A DNA stretch of 64,000 bases from an uncultured delta proteobacterium (GTDB taxonomy: Bacteria > Myxococcota > B64-G9): positions 128,001-192,000 of the forward strand of contig CAVWHX010000007.1 in assembly GCA_963754925.1 (NCBI GenBank), in the 5' to 3' direction. Under the pieces are notes generated by a model. The model saw only the letters and a program-made list of their open reading frames with translations. It made no database searches and was not told the origin of the DNA. The first letter of the stretch is position 1. Each line of letters opens with the position of its first letter. A program made the translations under genes and the position numbers. This document shows, piece after piece, positions 20,255 to 29,639 of this stretch.

Positions 20255-22471
20255 TCAGAGCAACCTCCCAACCTGGTAGATACACGTGCCAACGGCGAAC
20301 GACAGTATGTTCATGAGGACCACGCTGAAGACAGTCCATTTGATGGATCGCGTTTCTTGACGGATCGCCGCAATGGTTCCGACGCAGGGCACAAAGAGCA
20401 TCTGAAAGGCCAGCAAGCCGAGTCCGGCGGCCACGGATACGACCGAAGGCAAAACGGTCGAAATATTCCCATATAATACCGAAAGAGTCGCGATTGTGTT
20501 TTCCTTGGCCGCAAAGCTTGTGAGCAGCGCAATAAAAACTTGCCAGGGCACCCCCATAAGCTGGCTGACCGGCTGCAGCCATTTTCCGAACATCCCGAGA
20601 TAGCTTGTGGTGATGTCTCCCGTAGGGAAGTACGAGAAGGTCCAGACTATGAGGGAAGCGATCAGTATGATTGATCCCGCTTTGCGCAAGAAACCGACAA
20701 GATTTTGCCATACGTAGATCCCGATAGTCTTCGTGTTCGGCAGATGGTAAAGAGGAAGCTCCATGATGAAGGCGACATGCTCATCCTCGAACGCGAAGCG
20801 ATGGAGGACGAGCCCGAGGACAACCAGGATTACGAGGTTGCCTCCCACAAGCCCCCAGGTTACAAAGAATGCCGAGGAACCAAAGAAGATAGGCGCCAGT
20901 ATGGCCACCACTGCCATGCGGGCGCTACAGGGAACAAAGGGCACTAATAGAATCGTATGTAGTCGGGCCTGCTTCGACTCGACGATGCGCGTACCGAGAA
21001 CAGCGGGCACGTTGCAGCCGAATCCCAGCAGAATCGGCAAGAAGCTTTTCCCATGCAGACCCATCATGTGCATGATCCTGTCGGTCAGATAGGCAGCGCG
21101 CGCCATATAGCCTGTGTCTTCCAGAAGCCCAAGCGCCACATAGAAAACCGCCAGGATAGGAAGGAAGGTCAGCACCATTCCCAAACCGCCCAACACGCCC
21201 CCTACCAGCATCTCGACCATCCACGCCGGGGAGCCACTCATCCAGACGCGCAGAGCCTCCCCGAGACGATGGAGAAGATTGCTCAGCAGGGCTTGTATCG
21301 GCCCGCCAATAGAAAAAGTCAGGAAGAAAACCCCGCCAAGCAAAAGAATTAGCGCCAGCGTGCCCCACAGGGGATGGGTCAGGAAGCGGTCCAAGCGCGC
21401 AGTAAGGCCCATGCGTGAGACGGGAGGTTCCACGACGGCGGCGCGTATCATCCGCCCTATCCACTGGTAGCGGGCTCCGGCGATATCGAGAACGGCATCC
21501 TCGTGCTGATACAACAAGGCGCCCACGGCCTTCCACTTCTCGGCCGGCATGCGCTTTTGTATCAGCGCGGAAAGTTCTTGGTCTCCTTCGAGAAGCTTCA
21601 GCGCGACCCAGTCGGTCGGGTACACTTCCGGAACGCACTCGGCCACCATCTGCTGCAGATTCTCCAGTTCCATTTTGTGAGGGGGAAGGATTGCGGGCGA
21701 TTGCGGGTGGTAGTCGGCCGTGTGATTGATCATGCTCTCGATGGCTGCCTTCAGCTCCTCGATTCCCCTTCCATGGGAAGCAGCCAGGGGAACAACCGGG
21801 ATGCCTAAGGCCGTCTCAAGCACCTTGTATTCGACCTTGATTCCCTCCTTCTCTGCCACGTCCATCATGTTGAGTGCCAACAGAACCGGCGTCGGCAGCA
21901 GAAGCAGCTCGGCGACAAGATAGAGATTGCGTTCGAGGTTCGCCGCGTCGACGACAACGACGACCAGGCTCGGTTTGGAACGCAGAATGAAATCCCGGGC
22001 AATCAGCTCCTCCTCTGAGTTGGCCGAAAGGGAATAGGTGCCGGGCAAGTCGATTATCGTATAAGAGGTCTGGTTATACGAAAAGGTGCCGCTCTTCTGT
22101 TCGACGGTCTTGCCCGTCCAATTGCCGACGTGCTGGTTCATGCCCGTGAGCAGATTGAAAACCGTTGATTTCCCGACGTTTGGTTGGCCGGCGATAGCGA
22201 TGGTACAGCCGCTCGTCTGGATTGGTAAGGGTTTTTCTTCTTCTGTTATGCGGCTAATAGATACCCCGGCTGCTTCTCCATACCCCAAGGCGATCCGGGT
22301 GCCCCTCAGGCTTACCAGTAGGGGTCCGTGTGCGCTCTTTCGCACAACTTTCACCGGTGCCCCGATCGTGAAGCCAAGGGCTGCAAGGCGGGCAATGAGA
22401 CTACGTCCGCCTTCCAGTCCTCGCACCTGGCCGGTTTCCCCTGGCCTCAAATCAACAAGAGACTTTTCCAT
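20255..22471 (-). CDS. feoB: Ferrous iron transporter FeoA-FeoB fusion
   Basis: FeoA SH3-like N-terminus; GQPNVGKS, VGNWTGKTVE, DLPG, NMMD; gate motifs GFGCNVPA, PCSAR. Confidence 0.95.
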   Translation of the reverse strand: MEKSLVDLRPGETGQVRGLEGGRSLIARLAALGFTIGAPVKVVRKSAHGPLLVSLRGTRIALGYGEAAGVSISRITEEEKPLPIQTSGCTIAIAGQPNVGKSTVFNLLTGMNQHVGNWTGKTVEQKSGTFSYNQTSYTIIDLPGTYSLSANSEEELIARDFILRSKPSLVVVVVDAANLERNLYLVAELLLLPTPVLLALNMMDVAEKEGIKVEYKVLETALGIPVVPLAASHGRGIEELKAAIESMINHTADYHPQSPAILPPHKMELENLQQMVAECVPEVYPTDWVALKLLEGDQELSALIQKRMPAEKWKAVGALLYQHEDAVLDIAGARYQWIGRMIRAAVVEPPVSRMGLTARLDRFLTHPLWGTLALILLLGGVFFLTFSIGGPIQALLSNLLHRLGEALRVWMSGSPAWMVEMLVGGVLGGLGMVLTFLPILAVFYVALGLLEDTGYMARAAYLTDRIMHMMGLHGKSFLPILLGFGCNVPAVLGTRIVESKQARLHTILLVPFVPCSARMAVVAILAPIFFGSSAFFVTWGLVGGNLVILVVLGLVLHRFAFEDEHVAFIMELPLYHLPNTKTIGIYVWQNLVGFLRKAGSIILIASLIVWTFSYFPTGDITTSYLGMFGKWLQPVSQLMGVPWQVFIALLTSFAAKENTIATLSVLYGNISTVLPSVVSVAAGLGLLAFQMLFVPCVGTIAAIRQETRSIKWTVFSVVLMNILSFAVGTCIYQVGRLL

Positions 22472-22595
22472 GAGAGATCCTTATCATATATTCCCGTAAA
22501 CTCACGCAACGCTGCGTTTGCTCTCAAAAGGGACTATAGTCACTATTGCTCCTCAGTCAACCATCTCCAAGCACCGTTTCAAAGCAGTTGTCGAA

Positions 22596-22717
22596 ATGAC
22601 CTATTCGTTCTTCAAGCTTATCTTTTCCAACATCCGGGATTGGGAGTTACCTAAGTTACGCTTGGCGTGGTTTGGTTGAGTTGTTTCTTTCCCTTGGATT
22701 TGGGTTAGAGAGGCGCA
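22596..22717 (+). repeat. MITE-like repeat copy 5 (right half only)
   Basis: ATGACCTATTCGTTCTTCAAGCTTATCTTTTCCAACATCCGGGATTG...GAGAGGCGCA. Confidence 0.8.
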
Positions 22718-22774
22718 GCCAGTTCGGGGGAAAGTACGATGTCAGGAAAGTTCGTAACATTTATGCACCTAGCG

Positions 22775-23173
22775 TCAGATTTCTTCCCAAGTCACTTCCC
22801 CCGATTTATCGCCCTGCTCAATGAAGTCATAGGCGATTTTTTCTATCTGCTCAATGGGCAGACAAAACCGCCGGGCAATCGGTGTCGGTGTGTTCCCGGC
22901 AAGGAACTCGACGAAATTGCCGTCATCCACCACGTCGTCTGGCACTGCCATAAGGTAAGGAGGAGAGCCGTCACTGGGACTGTATTGCACGCTGCCGCAG
23001 TTTCCCGCAAAGCCAACCATCAACATGAAGCCGTTTTCTCCACGAAGTTCAAACAGGAACGGTTTTCGGCCACTCAGCGACTGAAAGACTTCCATCATCG
23101 CCACTGCGCATTCCAAGCGTTTGCCGTTCACCGGATTGTCAGGCTGCTGTAGGTCTTGAAATATTACTCTCAT
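22775..23173 (-). CDS. Imm1-family immunity protein (orphan)
   Basis: GSVQYSPSDGSPPYL...EFLAGNTPTPI...CLP...DF...G...VTWEEI. Start set at ATG 23173 because the longer ORF begins inside the MITE. Confidence 0.7.
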   Translation of the reverse strand: MRVIFQDLQQPDNPVNGKRLECAVAMMEVFQSLSGRKPFLFELRGENGFMLMVGFAGNCGSVQYSPSDGSPPYLMAVPDDVVDDGNFVEFLAGNTPTPIARRFCLPIEQIEKIAYDFIEQGDKSGEVTWEEI

Positions 23174-23195
23174 ATTATTATCCCGTAAATGGTAC

Positions 23196-23434
23196 TGTCG
23201 TTCGCCAAACCTCATCCTTATAAAACCATAGCATTTTTTCATATCGCTCACACAACTCTTCTCCCCATTGAAATCTTAGCAGATGTTTCCGCTAGCACCA
23301 CTCTCTCGCCATGAGACCTATTTAGTCCTCAAGCTCATCTTTTCCAACATCCAGGATTGCAATTTCACCAAGTTACGCTTACCGTGGTTTGGTTGACGTG
23401 TTTTTTCTCTCGGATTTTGTTTTGGTAAGGCGCA
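23196..23434 (+). mobile_element. MITE-like repeat copy 6 (complete)
   Basis: TGTCGTTCGCCAAACCTCATCC...CGCCATGAGACCTATT...TTGGTAAGGCGCA. Confidence 0.9.
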
Positions 23435-23443
23435 GGTGAGGCA

Positions 23444-23728
23444 ATGAATTTGCGACCGGACGAAAGCGATCTCGTCGGGAAGTGGATTCTTGATGGCACA
23501 AGAATCCGAGCTGACGAGGTGTGTAAGCGAATCGAGTACCTCACTCATCATGTTCTCAAGCGACTTGCGGTAAGCAGAGACTATGGGGCTTGGGAAACAC
23601 TGTTTCGAGATCCAACCGATGGAAGACTTTGGGAGCGAACGTACCCACAGAGTCACATGCACGGCGGCGGGCCACCGCGGCTCTGGGCGATCTCAGAACA
23701 AGATGCCCGAGGGAAATACGACTTCTGA
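23444..23728 (+). CDS. Imm27-family immunity protein (orphan)
   Basis: LVGKW, CKRIEYL, WETLFRDPTDGRLWERTYPQSHMHGGGPPRL signature. Confidence 0.8.
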   Translation: MNLRPDESDLVGKWILDGTRIRADEVCKRIEYLTHHVLKRLAVSRDYGAWETLFRDPTDGRLWERTYPQSHMHGGGPPRLWAISEQDARGKYDF

Positions 23729-23846
23729 GACCTATTCAGTCCTCAAGCTCATTTTTTCCAATATCCAGGATTGTGGGTTCACCAATTTACATTTACCGTG
23801 GTTTGGTTGACTTGTTTTTCTCTCGGATTTGGGTTGGCGAGGGACA
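23727..23846 (+). repeat. MITE-like repeat copy 7 (right half only), overlapping the Imm27 stop codon
   Basis: (T)GAGACCTATTCAGTCCTCAAGCTCATTTTTTCCAATATCCAGG...TTGGCGAGGGACA. Confidence 0.9.
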
Positions 23847-23859
23847 GGAAAACATTTCT

Positions 23860-23967
23860 AGTGGGTTCAATCCTAATCCAATATTCATGATTTTTGGTTA
23901 AACAATTTGCGTTTAATCTGGTTTACTTAACATGTTTTTTCTCTCGGATCTGTTTTGGCGAAGGACA
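23860..23967 (+). repeat. MITE-like repeat copy 8 (degenerate right half)
   Basis: TCCAATATTCATGATT...CAATTTGCG...TGTTTTTTCTCTCGGATCTGTTTTGGCGAAGGACA. Confidence 0.8.
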
Positions 23968-25815
23968 GGGTGAATCAAAGGTCATGACTAATTCATAAAC
24001 ATCTTTTCGCAGTTCGGCCAGAATCGGAATGCCGCCTTTCTCGAAAACCTTCATCATGGCTTTGTTAGAGGACAAAACTTCTGCGGTGAAACCCTGCAGA
24101 CCGCGCTCTTTCGCGAGCGTGACGAGAATCTGGTAGAGCTTAGAGGCAATTCCCATTCCCTGGTATCGCTCATCAACAATAAAGGCGATGTCAGCGTACG
24201 GTCGGTGTTGGTCTCTCACGAATCGAGCCTCGGCAATGATGTGCTCTTCACCATGAGGCCCGGTAAGACCGACAATGGACATCACCCAGTTTGGGTCGAC
24301 ATTCACATAGGATTGCATTCTGGCGTGCGGCATGACCTTGATGGGTGAGAAGTAGCGGTAGTACACCGCCTCGTCCGAGAAGCGATAGAAGAGGCGGCGC
24401 ATCTCCTCTTCGTCGGAAGGTTTGATGGCCCTAAAATTGACTTCCAGTCCTCCCTTGAAGACATGTCTCTGGGCTATATTCGCGGGATAGAGGTGGGCGC
24501 TTCCGGAGAGGAAAATCTGGTCCTGATAGATGATATTCTTGGCTTTGGCCTCCTCAACCAGCTTGGCGCGATCATCCGGGTGGGCGATATCGATGAGCGA
24601 TTGCGCCCGCTCTCTGATAGTGCGTCCTTTCAAGTTGGCTACGCCGTACTCAGTAATCACCATATCCACCGATTCACGCACACTCAGGAGGTTGGGAAGC
24701 TCCTCGACGGTCAGGCGAATATTAGCTTCGCCTTTTTTATTGCGGCTTGGCAACGCGAAAACGGTGAACCCACCCTGGGATAGCTCTGCGCCGTTGATAA
24801 AGTCCAAGTCTTCGCCAGGAGTAGCTATCACTGAACCCTTACCGGCATGCAAGATTATATGACCGGTGAGGTCGACCTTGCGGGCGGACAGTACGGTCAC
24901 TACCCGTGGGTTACGCCCTATATTGAGTGGATTAAATACAGCATCGACACCCAGGAATTCAACCCGGGGGTTGCGGTTGAGCCAGGACATGAGTTCTTTC
25001 GTGCCGAAGGCATAGGATGCCACGGATTTACCCCGGGAGAATTCCTTATAGCGATTGGTCACCGCGCCACTTTTAACGAGATCCATCAAGGCGTCAGTGA
25101 AGAAAGGAGTATGCACGCCGAGATTTCGCTTATGTACGAGATGTCTGGCCAGGGCATCGTAGAGGGGACCAATGGAAAAGAAGATACAACTTCCATCTTC
25201 GATGACCGAGGCCACGTTAGCCGCCACTTGGTCAAACACCTCATCCACGGGCCAGCGGGAGATATAAATCGGCTCCTCTTCCGAATGCACCAGATAATCG
25301 AAATCGGACAGCGAAACAAAAGTCTCTCCAAAGGTGAAGGGGATATGCGGGTTGATCTCGCCCACCACCAGAGCCGCCTGTTCCATGACTTGCCGAGCCA
25401 CATCCACAGCCAATCCCAGGCTGCAATAGCCTGCTTCATCGGGAGGGGTAATCTGGATGAAAGCAACATCGACGTGGATTTGGCCCGACTCAATCAGCTG
25501 TGGAATTTTTACGAAACGGCTGGGGATCAGGTCGACTTTGCCTTCGACGATGGCATCATTTGACACCCATCCAGAAAAGAAGGTCTTGAGGCGGTACTTA
25601 TTTGACTGAATATCTTTGATGGAAATAGCCTCTCCCAAACTCACCAATTGAATCAGCTCCAAATCCCGCAGATTAGGGGCGGTTGAAGTCGTCAAACGCT
25701 TGAGCAGCGTCCGGGGTTCGGCCACGCCCGTCCCCAGAAAGATGGTCATACCGGGACTGATCTTCTCGAAGATCTCATCCGGCGTCTTCACCTTTTCTTC
25801 CCACGATTGTTCCAT
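23923..25815 (-). CDS. Acetyl-CoA hydrolase/transferase fused to a C-terminal GNAT acetyltransferase
   Basis: GTGVAEP, PPDEAGYCSLG, VITEYGVANLKG; GNAT YQGMGIASKL, VLSSNKAMMKVFEK. The last 14 or so residues come from repeat copy 8. Confidence 0.9.
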   Translation of the reverse strand: MEQSWEEKVKTPDEIFEKISPGMTIFLGTGVAEPRTLLKRLTTSTAPNLRDLELIQLVSLGEAISIKDIQSNKYRLKTFFSGWVSNDAIVEGKVDLIPSRFVKIPQLIESGQIHVDVAFIQITPPDEAGYCSLGLAVDVARQVMEQAALVVGEINPHIPFTFGETFVSLSDFDYLVHSEEEPIYISRWPVDEVFDQVAANVASVIEDGSCIFFSIGPLYDALARHLVHKRNLGVHTPFFTDALMDLVKSGAVTNRYKEFSRGKSVASYAFGTKELMSWLNRNPRVEFLGVDAVFNPLNIGRNPRVVTVLSARKVDLTGHIILHAGKGSVIATPGEDLDFINGAELSQGGFTVFALPSRNKKGEANIRLTVEELPNLLSVRESVDMVITEYGVANLKGRTIRERAQSLIDIAHPDDRAKLVEEAKAKNIIYQDQIFLSGSAHLYPANIAQRHVFKGGLEVNFRAIKPSDEEEMRRLFYRFSDEAVYYRYFSPIKVMPHARMQSYVNVDPNWVMSIVGLTGPHGEEHIIAEARFVRDQHRPYADIAFIVDERYQGMGIASKLYQILVTLAKERGLQGFTAEVLSSNKAMMKVFEKGGIPILAELRKDVYELVMTFDSPCPSPKQIREKKHVK

Positions 25816-25826
25816 CCCGCTAGTCC

Positions 25827-25890
25827 TGTCGTTCGCCAAAAACCAGTCCTTACTGAAAACAAATCATTTTCTCATGTCACCCGCACTACC
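25827..25890 (+). repeat. MITE-like repeat copy 9 (left end only)
   Basis: TGTCGTTCGCCAAAAACCAGTCCTTACTGAAAACAAATCATTTTCTCATGTCACCCGCACTACCCT. Confidence 0.85.
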
Positions 25891-26024
25891 CTTGGCCTTG
25901 AAACCACCCAAGATCTGTCTGCACGATGACTGATCGACTCCGGAGGCCTGCGCCGTTAGAGAATATTTGGCCGAGTTGAAGTTCGGCAGATATCATCCTG
26001 TTGCTGCGGGAACCCCTTCACCAG

Positions 26025-26336
26025 TCATTTAGGCTCCCTATTGAGATACTCATTGAGAGACTTAATCACCAAGTCTCGAAGTGAGCACCCCTCATCAACA
26101 GTTCTATGCCTCACCTTATTCCAAAGTTCTTCTGGAATATCTCGCAAGAGATAGTTGGCGGCTGAATTATTCTCTCGAAATATCTTTTTTGCGATATGGA
26201 GCACATTTACCGGCTTGCCTTCGTAGCGAAGCCTTTCAATTTCATGTCGTACCAAAACATCGCAATCATGGCAAAGTGAAGCACCACCCATTTCAATTTG
26301 AGCCTTTGGGCTTCCGCATGCATCACAATTTTTCAC
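26025..26336 (-). CDS. Small protein with Zn finger and probable ribbon-helix-helix C-terminus
   Basis: CDAC...CHDC; YLLRDIPEELWNKVR...SLRDLVIKSLNEY; RBS AGGAGG. Confidence 0.6.
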   Translation of the reverse strand: MKNCDACGSPKAQIEMGGASLCHDCDVLVRHEIERLRYEGKPVNVLHIAKKIFRENNSAANYLLRDIPEELWNKVRHRTVDEGCSLRDLVIKSLNEYLNREPK

Positions 26337-26752
26337 CAGTAACCTCCTAAAATTGTAGTCTCACGCTGAATATAAAGTACATAATGATTATCATTATGAC
26401 AATAGAAAAAAAGCTTGTTCTATTAGGGGTCAAAGCACGTTTAGCGGCCTGAGGTGCACTTACGCTAACTCTTGGCGGCTCCGCTGCGCTCGCCGCCTTA
26501 TGCAGATAAAAATTTATTGCTTATTCCAATGAGACCGATTGATACTGTATCTTATAGAGCTAAAGCCACACGGTCACATTTGCCCTTCAAGGCCACTAGA
26601 ACGCTGTACCTCTAACCCTACCCGAGAGTCGTTTGCCGTGTGGCTTTGGCTCACACCTTTTGGGGTAGACCCAACATTCGCGTCACCAGCCGCCATCTTA
26701 AAAACCAAGCTACCATTTGCCTTGTAAGGCCCCTCGGAAGGCAACCCCCTGG

Positions 26753-28349
26753 GGTCTGTTGCCCAAATCAATAGCATTCTCGATCATAGTTGATATCATC
26801 TGAGCATCTAGGAGGTGCTTCGATGATGGGACACCAGCCGCCCCCACAACCCAAATTATTTTACACCGGGTTTCATCTAGACAAGAGGGTTCGCCGTGAC
26901 CATCCGTTGAGGAAGATTAGCAAGGTTATCGATTTCGATTTCATCTACAAAGAAGTGGTGGAAACATACGGCGATAACGGCAACGTCTCGGTGCCTCCTC
27001 CTGTTCTGCTCAAGCTCATGCTTCTATTGGTGTTCTACAATGTTCGTTCCGAGCGCGAGCTGATGGAGACGCTACCGGAGCGACTCGATTGGTTGTGGTT
27101 CCTTGGCTACGATCTGGATGATGAAGTACCGAACCACAGCGTGCTTTCGAAAGCCCGGAAGCGCTGGGGACGTGAGTTGTTCCAGCGTTTCTTTGAGCGC
27201 GTGGTGAGGCAGTGTGTTGCGGCTGGACTGGTTGACGGGCGCAAGATATTCGTCGATGCGAGCCTTATCGATGCGGATGCTTCGCAGGACTCGGTTGTGG
27301 ATACGAGAGACCTGAACGAGCAGCTGTCAAAGAAGTATCGGCAACTCGAAGCACGGCTCGACGAAGCGCCGAGCGCGAGAGAACCGGGACCGTACACCGA
27401 AGAGAACCTGCGCTATGTATCGGCAACCGATCCGGATGCGGCGTTGATGAAGCGCGGGGAGTCGAAGTTGCGGTACCAGAGTCATCGAGCGGTCGAAGGC
27501 AGCAGCGAGATTATCACAGCGACGGCGTTGACCCCGGGTGATGTAAGCGAAGACCAGTTATTGATGGCGCTTAAGGAAGACCACGAGGCGACCACGGGGG
27601 AGTCGGTTCAGACGGTAGTTGCAGACAGCAAGTATGGAACGAAAGAGAACTACCTGGCGTGCCGGGATGCGGGGATTCAGGCACACATTCCGGCATTTCA
27701 GGGAGGTACGGACAAGCGTTTGGAGAAGCGCGGCCTGTTTATGGAAGAGCGCTTTGTGTTTGACGCCAAACGGGACGTGTTTGTGTGCCCCGCGGGCCAG
27801 GAGCTACGGCGTAGGACCGTGCACGCCCGTCGGCAGAGCATAGAATATGCCGCTTCGAAGCGAATCTGCGCGATGTGCGAATTGAGAGACCAGTGCACGA
27901 CGAGCAAGTCGGGTCGCACAGTCGGCCGACATCTCCGTCAGGATGAGTTGGACGAGATGGTGAGAGCTTCGAAATCGACGTTGTCGCGTCTGGATCTCAA
28001 GCGTCGGCAGCACGTGTGCGAAGGGTCGTTTGGCGCGGCGAAGCGATACGGTTACAAACGCGCGCGCTGGCGCCGACTGTGGCTAGTAGAAATCCAGAAC
28101 TATCTTATCTGCACCATACAGAACATCACCAAGTTGATCAAACACCGCAACAAGCGCTGTTACGCGGCGGCCAGTCTTCATTCAGATTGGAGCTATGATC
28201 TGTTGATGTCAGGTCTTCAGAAGTTTCGGTGCAATGTACATCGCTTATTCTGGTACATCAAAGAAGTGCGGGTTATTTGTGTCATACAAACAGATCCAGC
28301 ATAGGGATGAATGGATGAGCACGATAAAAAGTTATTCGGGCAACAGGCC
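26753..28349 (+). mobile_element. IS1182-family insertion sequence
   Basis: IRs GGTCTGTTGCCCAAAT and ATTCGGGCAACAGGCC; CCCTGG flanks both sides (exact ends ambiguous by 2 bp). Confidence 0.85.
26823..28304 (+). CDS. IS1182-family transposase
   Basis: DHPLRKI, SERELME, PNHSVLSKAR, VDASLIDADAS, TDPDA, ADSKYG, CPAG, EGSFGAAK. Confidence 0.92.
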   Translation: MMGHQPPPQPKLFYTGFHLDKRVRRDHPLRKISKVIDFDFIYKEVVETYGDNGNVSVPPPVLLKLMLLLVFYNVRSERELMETLPERLDWLWFLGYDLDDEVPNHSVLSKARKRWGRELFQRFFERVVRQCVAAGLVDGRKIFVDASLIDADASQDSVVDTRDLNEQLSKKYRQLEARLDEAPSAREPGPYTEENLRYVSATDPDAALMKRGESKLRYQSHRAVEGSSEIITATALTPGDVSEDQLLMALKEDHEATTGESVQTVVADSKYGTKENYLACRDAGIQAHIPAFQGGTDKRLEKRGLFMEERFVFDAKRDVFVCPAGQELRRRTVHARRQSIEYAASKRICAMCELRDQCTTSKSGRTVGRHLRQDELDEMVRASKSTLSRLDLKRRQHVCEGSFGAAKRYGYKRARWRRLWLVEIQNYLICTIQNITKLIKHRNKRCYAAASLHSDWSYDLLMSGLQKFRCNVHRLFWYIKEVRVICVIQTDPA

Positions 28350-28546
28350 CCCTGGTTTTGATACCTGGGGCTAACCCATAAACGTAGTCATAATTCCATC
28401 TAGTTACCATTTAAAATATTGCACATAAACAATATCTTAGTCAACCATTCAGTAATATAAACATAGTTGTATATACAACATATGTTACTTAATATAAAAT
28501 AATACTTGACACCATTTATTATATGTATATACCGTATCCTTAGTTA

Positions 28547-29134
28547 ATGAATAATAATGTGACAACAATACCATGTAGAAATGAGTTACATAGTATGAAG
28601 GTCAAAGATAGCATCGAAGCGCTTTTGGAGCAATACGAAAAAATGAATGAAGAGCAAAGGGCTGAGTTTCGAAGATCATATAGCTTGGTTGAAAGATCCA
28701 ACGCTAGGAAACGCAAGCACATATCGAAAGAAGATTTTAAAAACGTTTTAACAGAAGTGCTGGAAATCACCAGGAAGAAGGTTGAATTGATCTCCATCTG
28801 GAAAGAGCTTCAGAAGAAGCTAGACCTCAATCCGAAAGATAAGAAGGCGCAACTCAAAAGAGTATTGTCCTCAGTCTTCGACGCAAATCTCGCAGCATTA
28901 GATAGAATGAAATACCGCCGGAGAAGAGGGAGAGGCTATCGGATTTTTGAATACGCCCGAGATCATGCGGACGAACTGGGACTTACGCCATTTACCGAAG
29001 AAGAGATTGAATTTTTGAATGAAGCTTACGCGGCAACACTCTCGTTTCCTAAGAGGCATCGATTCTTAAGGAAAGACAAAACGATGCTTAAAAACAGGAA
29101 AGAGAAAACAACCAATGATTCCCCAGCGGACTAA
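28547..29134 (+). CDS. Hypothetical basic helical protein
   Basis: 195-aa ORF after an AT-rich region containing TTGACA (28506); no recognised motif. Confidence 0.5.
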   Translation: MNNNVTTIPCRNELHSMKVKDSIEALLEQYEKMNEEQRAEFRRSYSLVERSNARKRKHISKEDFKNVLTEVLEITRKKVELISIWKELQKKLDLNPKDKKAQLKRVLSSVFDANLAALDRMKYRRRRGRGYRIFEYARDHADELGLTPFTEEEIEFLNEAYAATLSFPKRHRFLRKDKTMLKNRKEKTTNDSPAD

Positions 29135-29534
29135 AAAACGCATAGCCCGGGGAATCGAGGAGGACACCATGGAAACGGCAAAAAAAGGTCTAGTAGATGT
29201 GGCGCTCAATGTCGACAGCAAATCGGGAACGTCCAGTACGGTTACCATTGGATCGACACCGAAAAACAAAAAAGGCTTATTCGACCTGTCGCTCGATATT
29301 GGCGGCGACCAGCGAAAGCAGGACGAAACCGCGGGGGAAGATCAACCGGCGGATGCTACACACCGTAAGGGAAGATTCGCGTTATCGCTTGGTTTGCTGC
29401 CATCAGTGGCGGGCGGACTTATTAACATCGGCATTGACGTGCTTGGAGGAAACGGCACGAGGGACTATCGAAAACACAATCGACGGGCTCGTAAGAACGG
29501 ATCAGCGAAGACCGAACGGTTTGCATCAAAATAG
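29115..29534 (+). CDS. Hypothetical protein
   Basis: Overlaps the previous ORF; GAGGAGG before an internal ATG at 29169 may mark the true start. Confidence 0.45.
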   Translation: MIPQRTKKRIARGIEEDTMETAKKGLVDVALNVDSKSGTSSTVTIGSTPKNKKGLFDLSLDIGGDQRKQDETAGEDQPADATHRKGRFALSLGLLPSVAGGLINIGIDVLGGNGTRDYRKHNRRARKNGSAKTERFASK

Positions 29535-29639
29535 ACAAACCTTGTTTAATCAACCGCAAGTTTCAATCGAGTCTTGAATTTACAATATAGCACGCTCCAC
29601 ATAAGAAAATGACGGCTCATCTAGAAAGGAAGTAATCTC

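Noticed and set aside
1202..25890. Repeats as a CRISPR array
   Set aside because: Units are 120-240 bp with mostly gene-sized, irregular gaps, and there are no cas genes.
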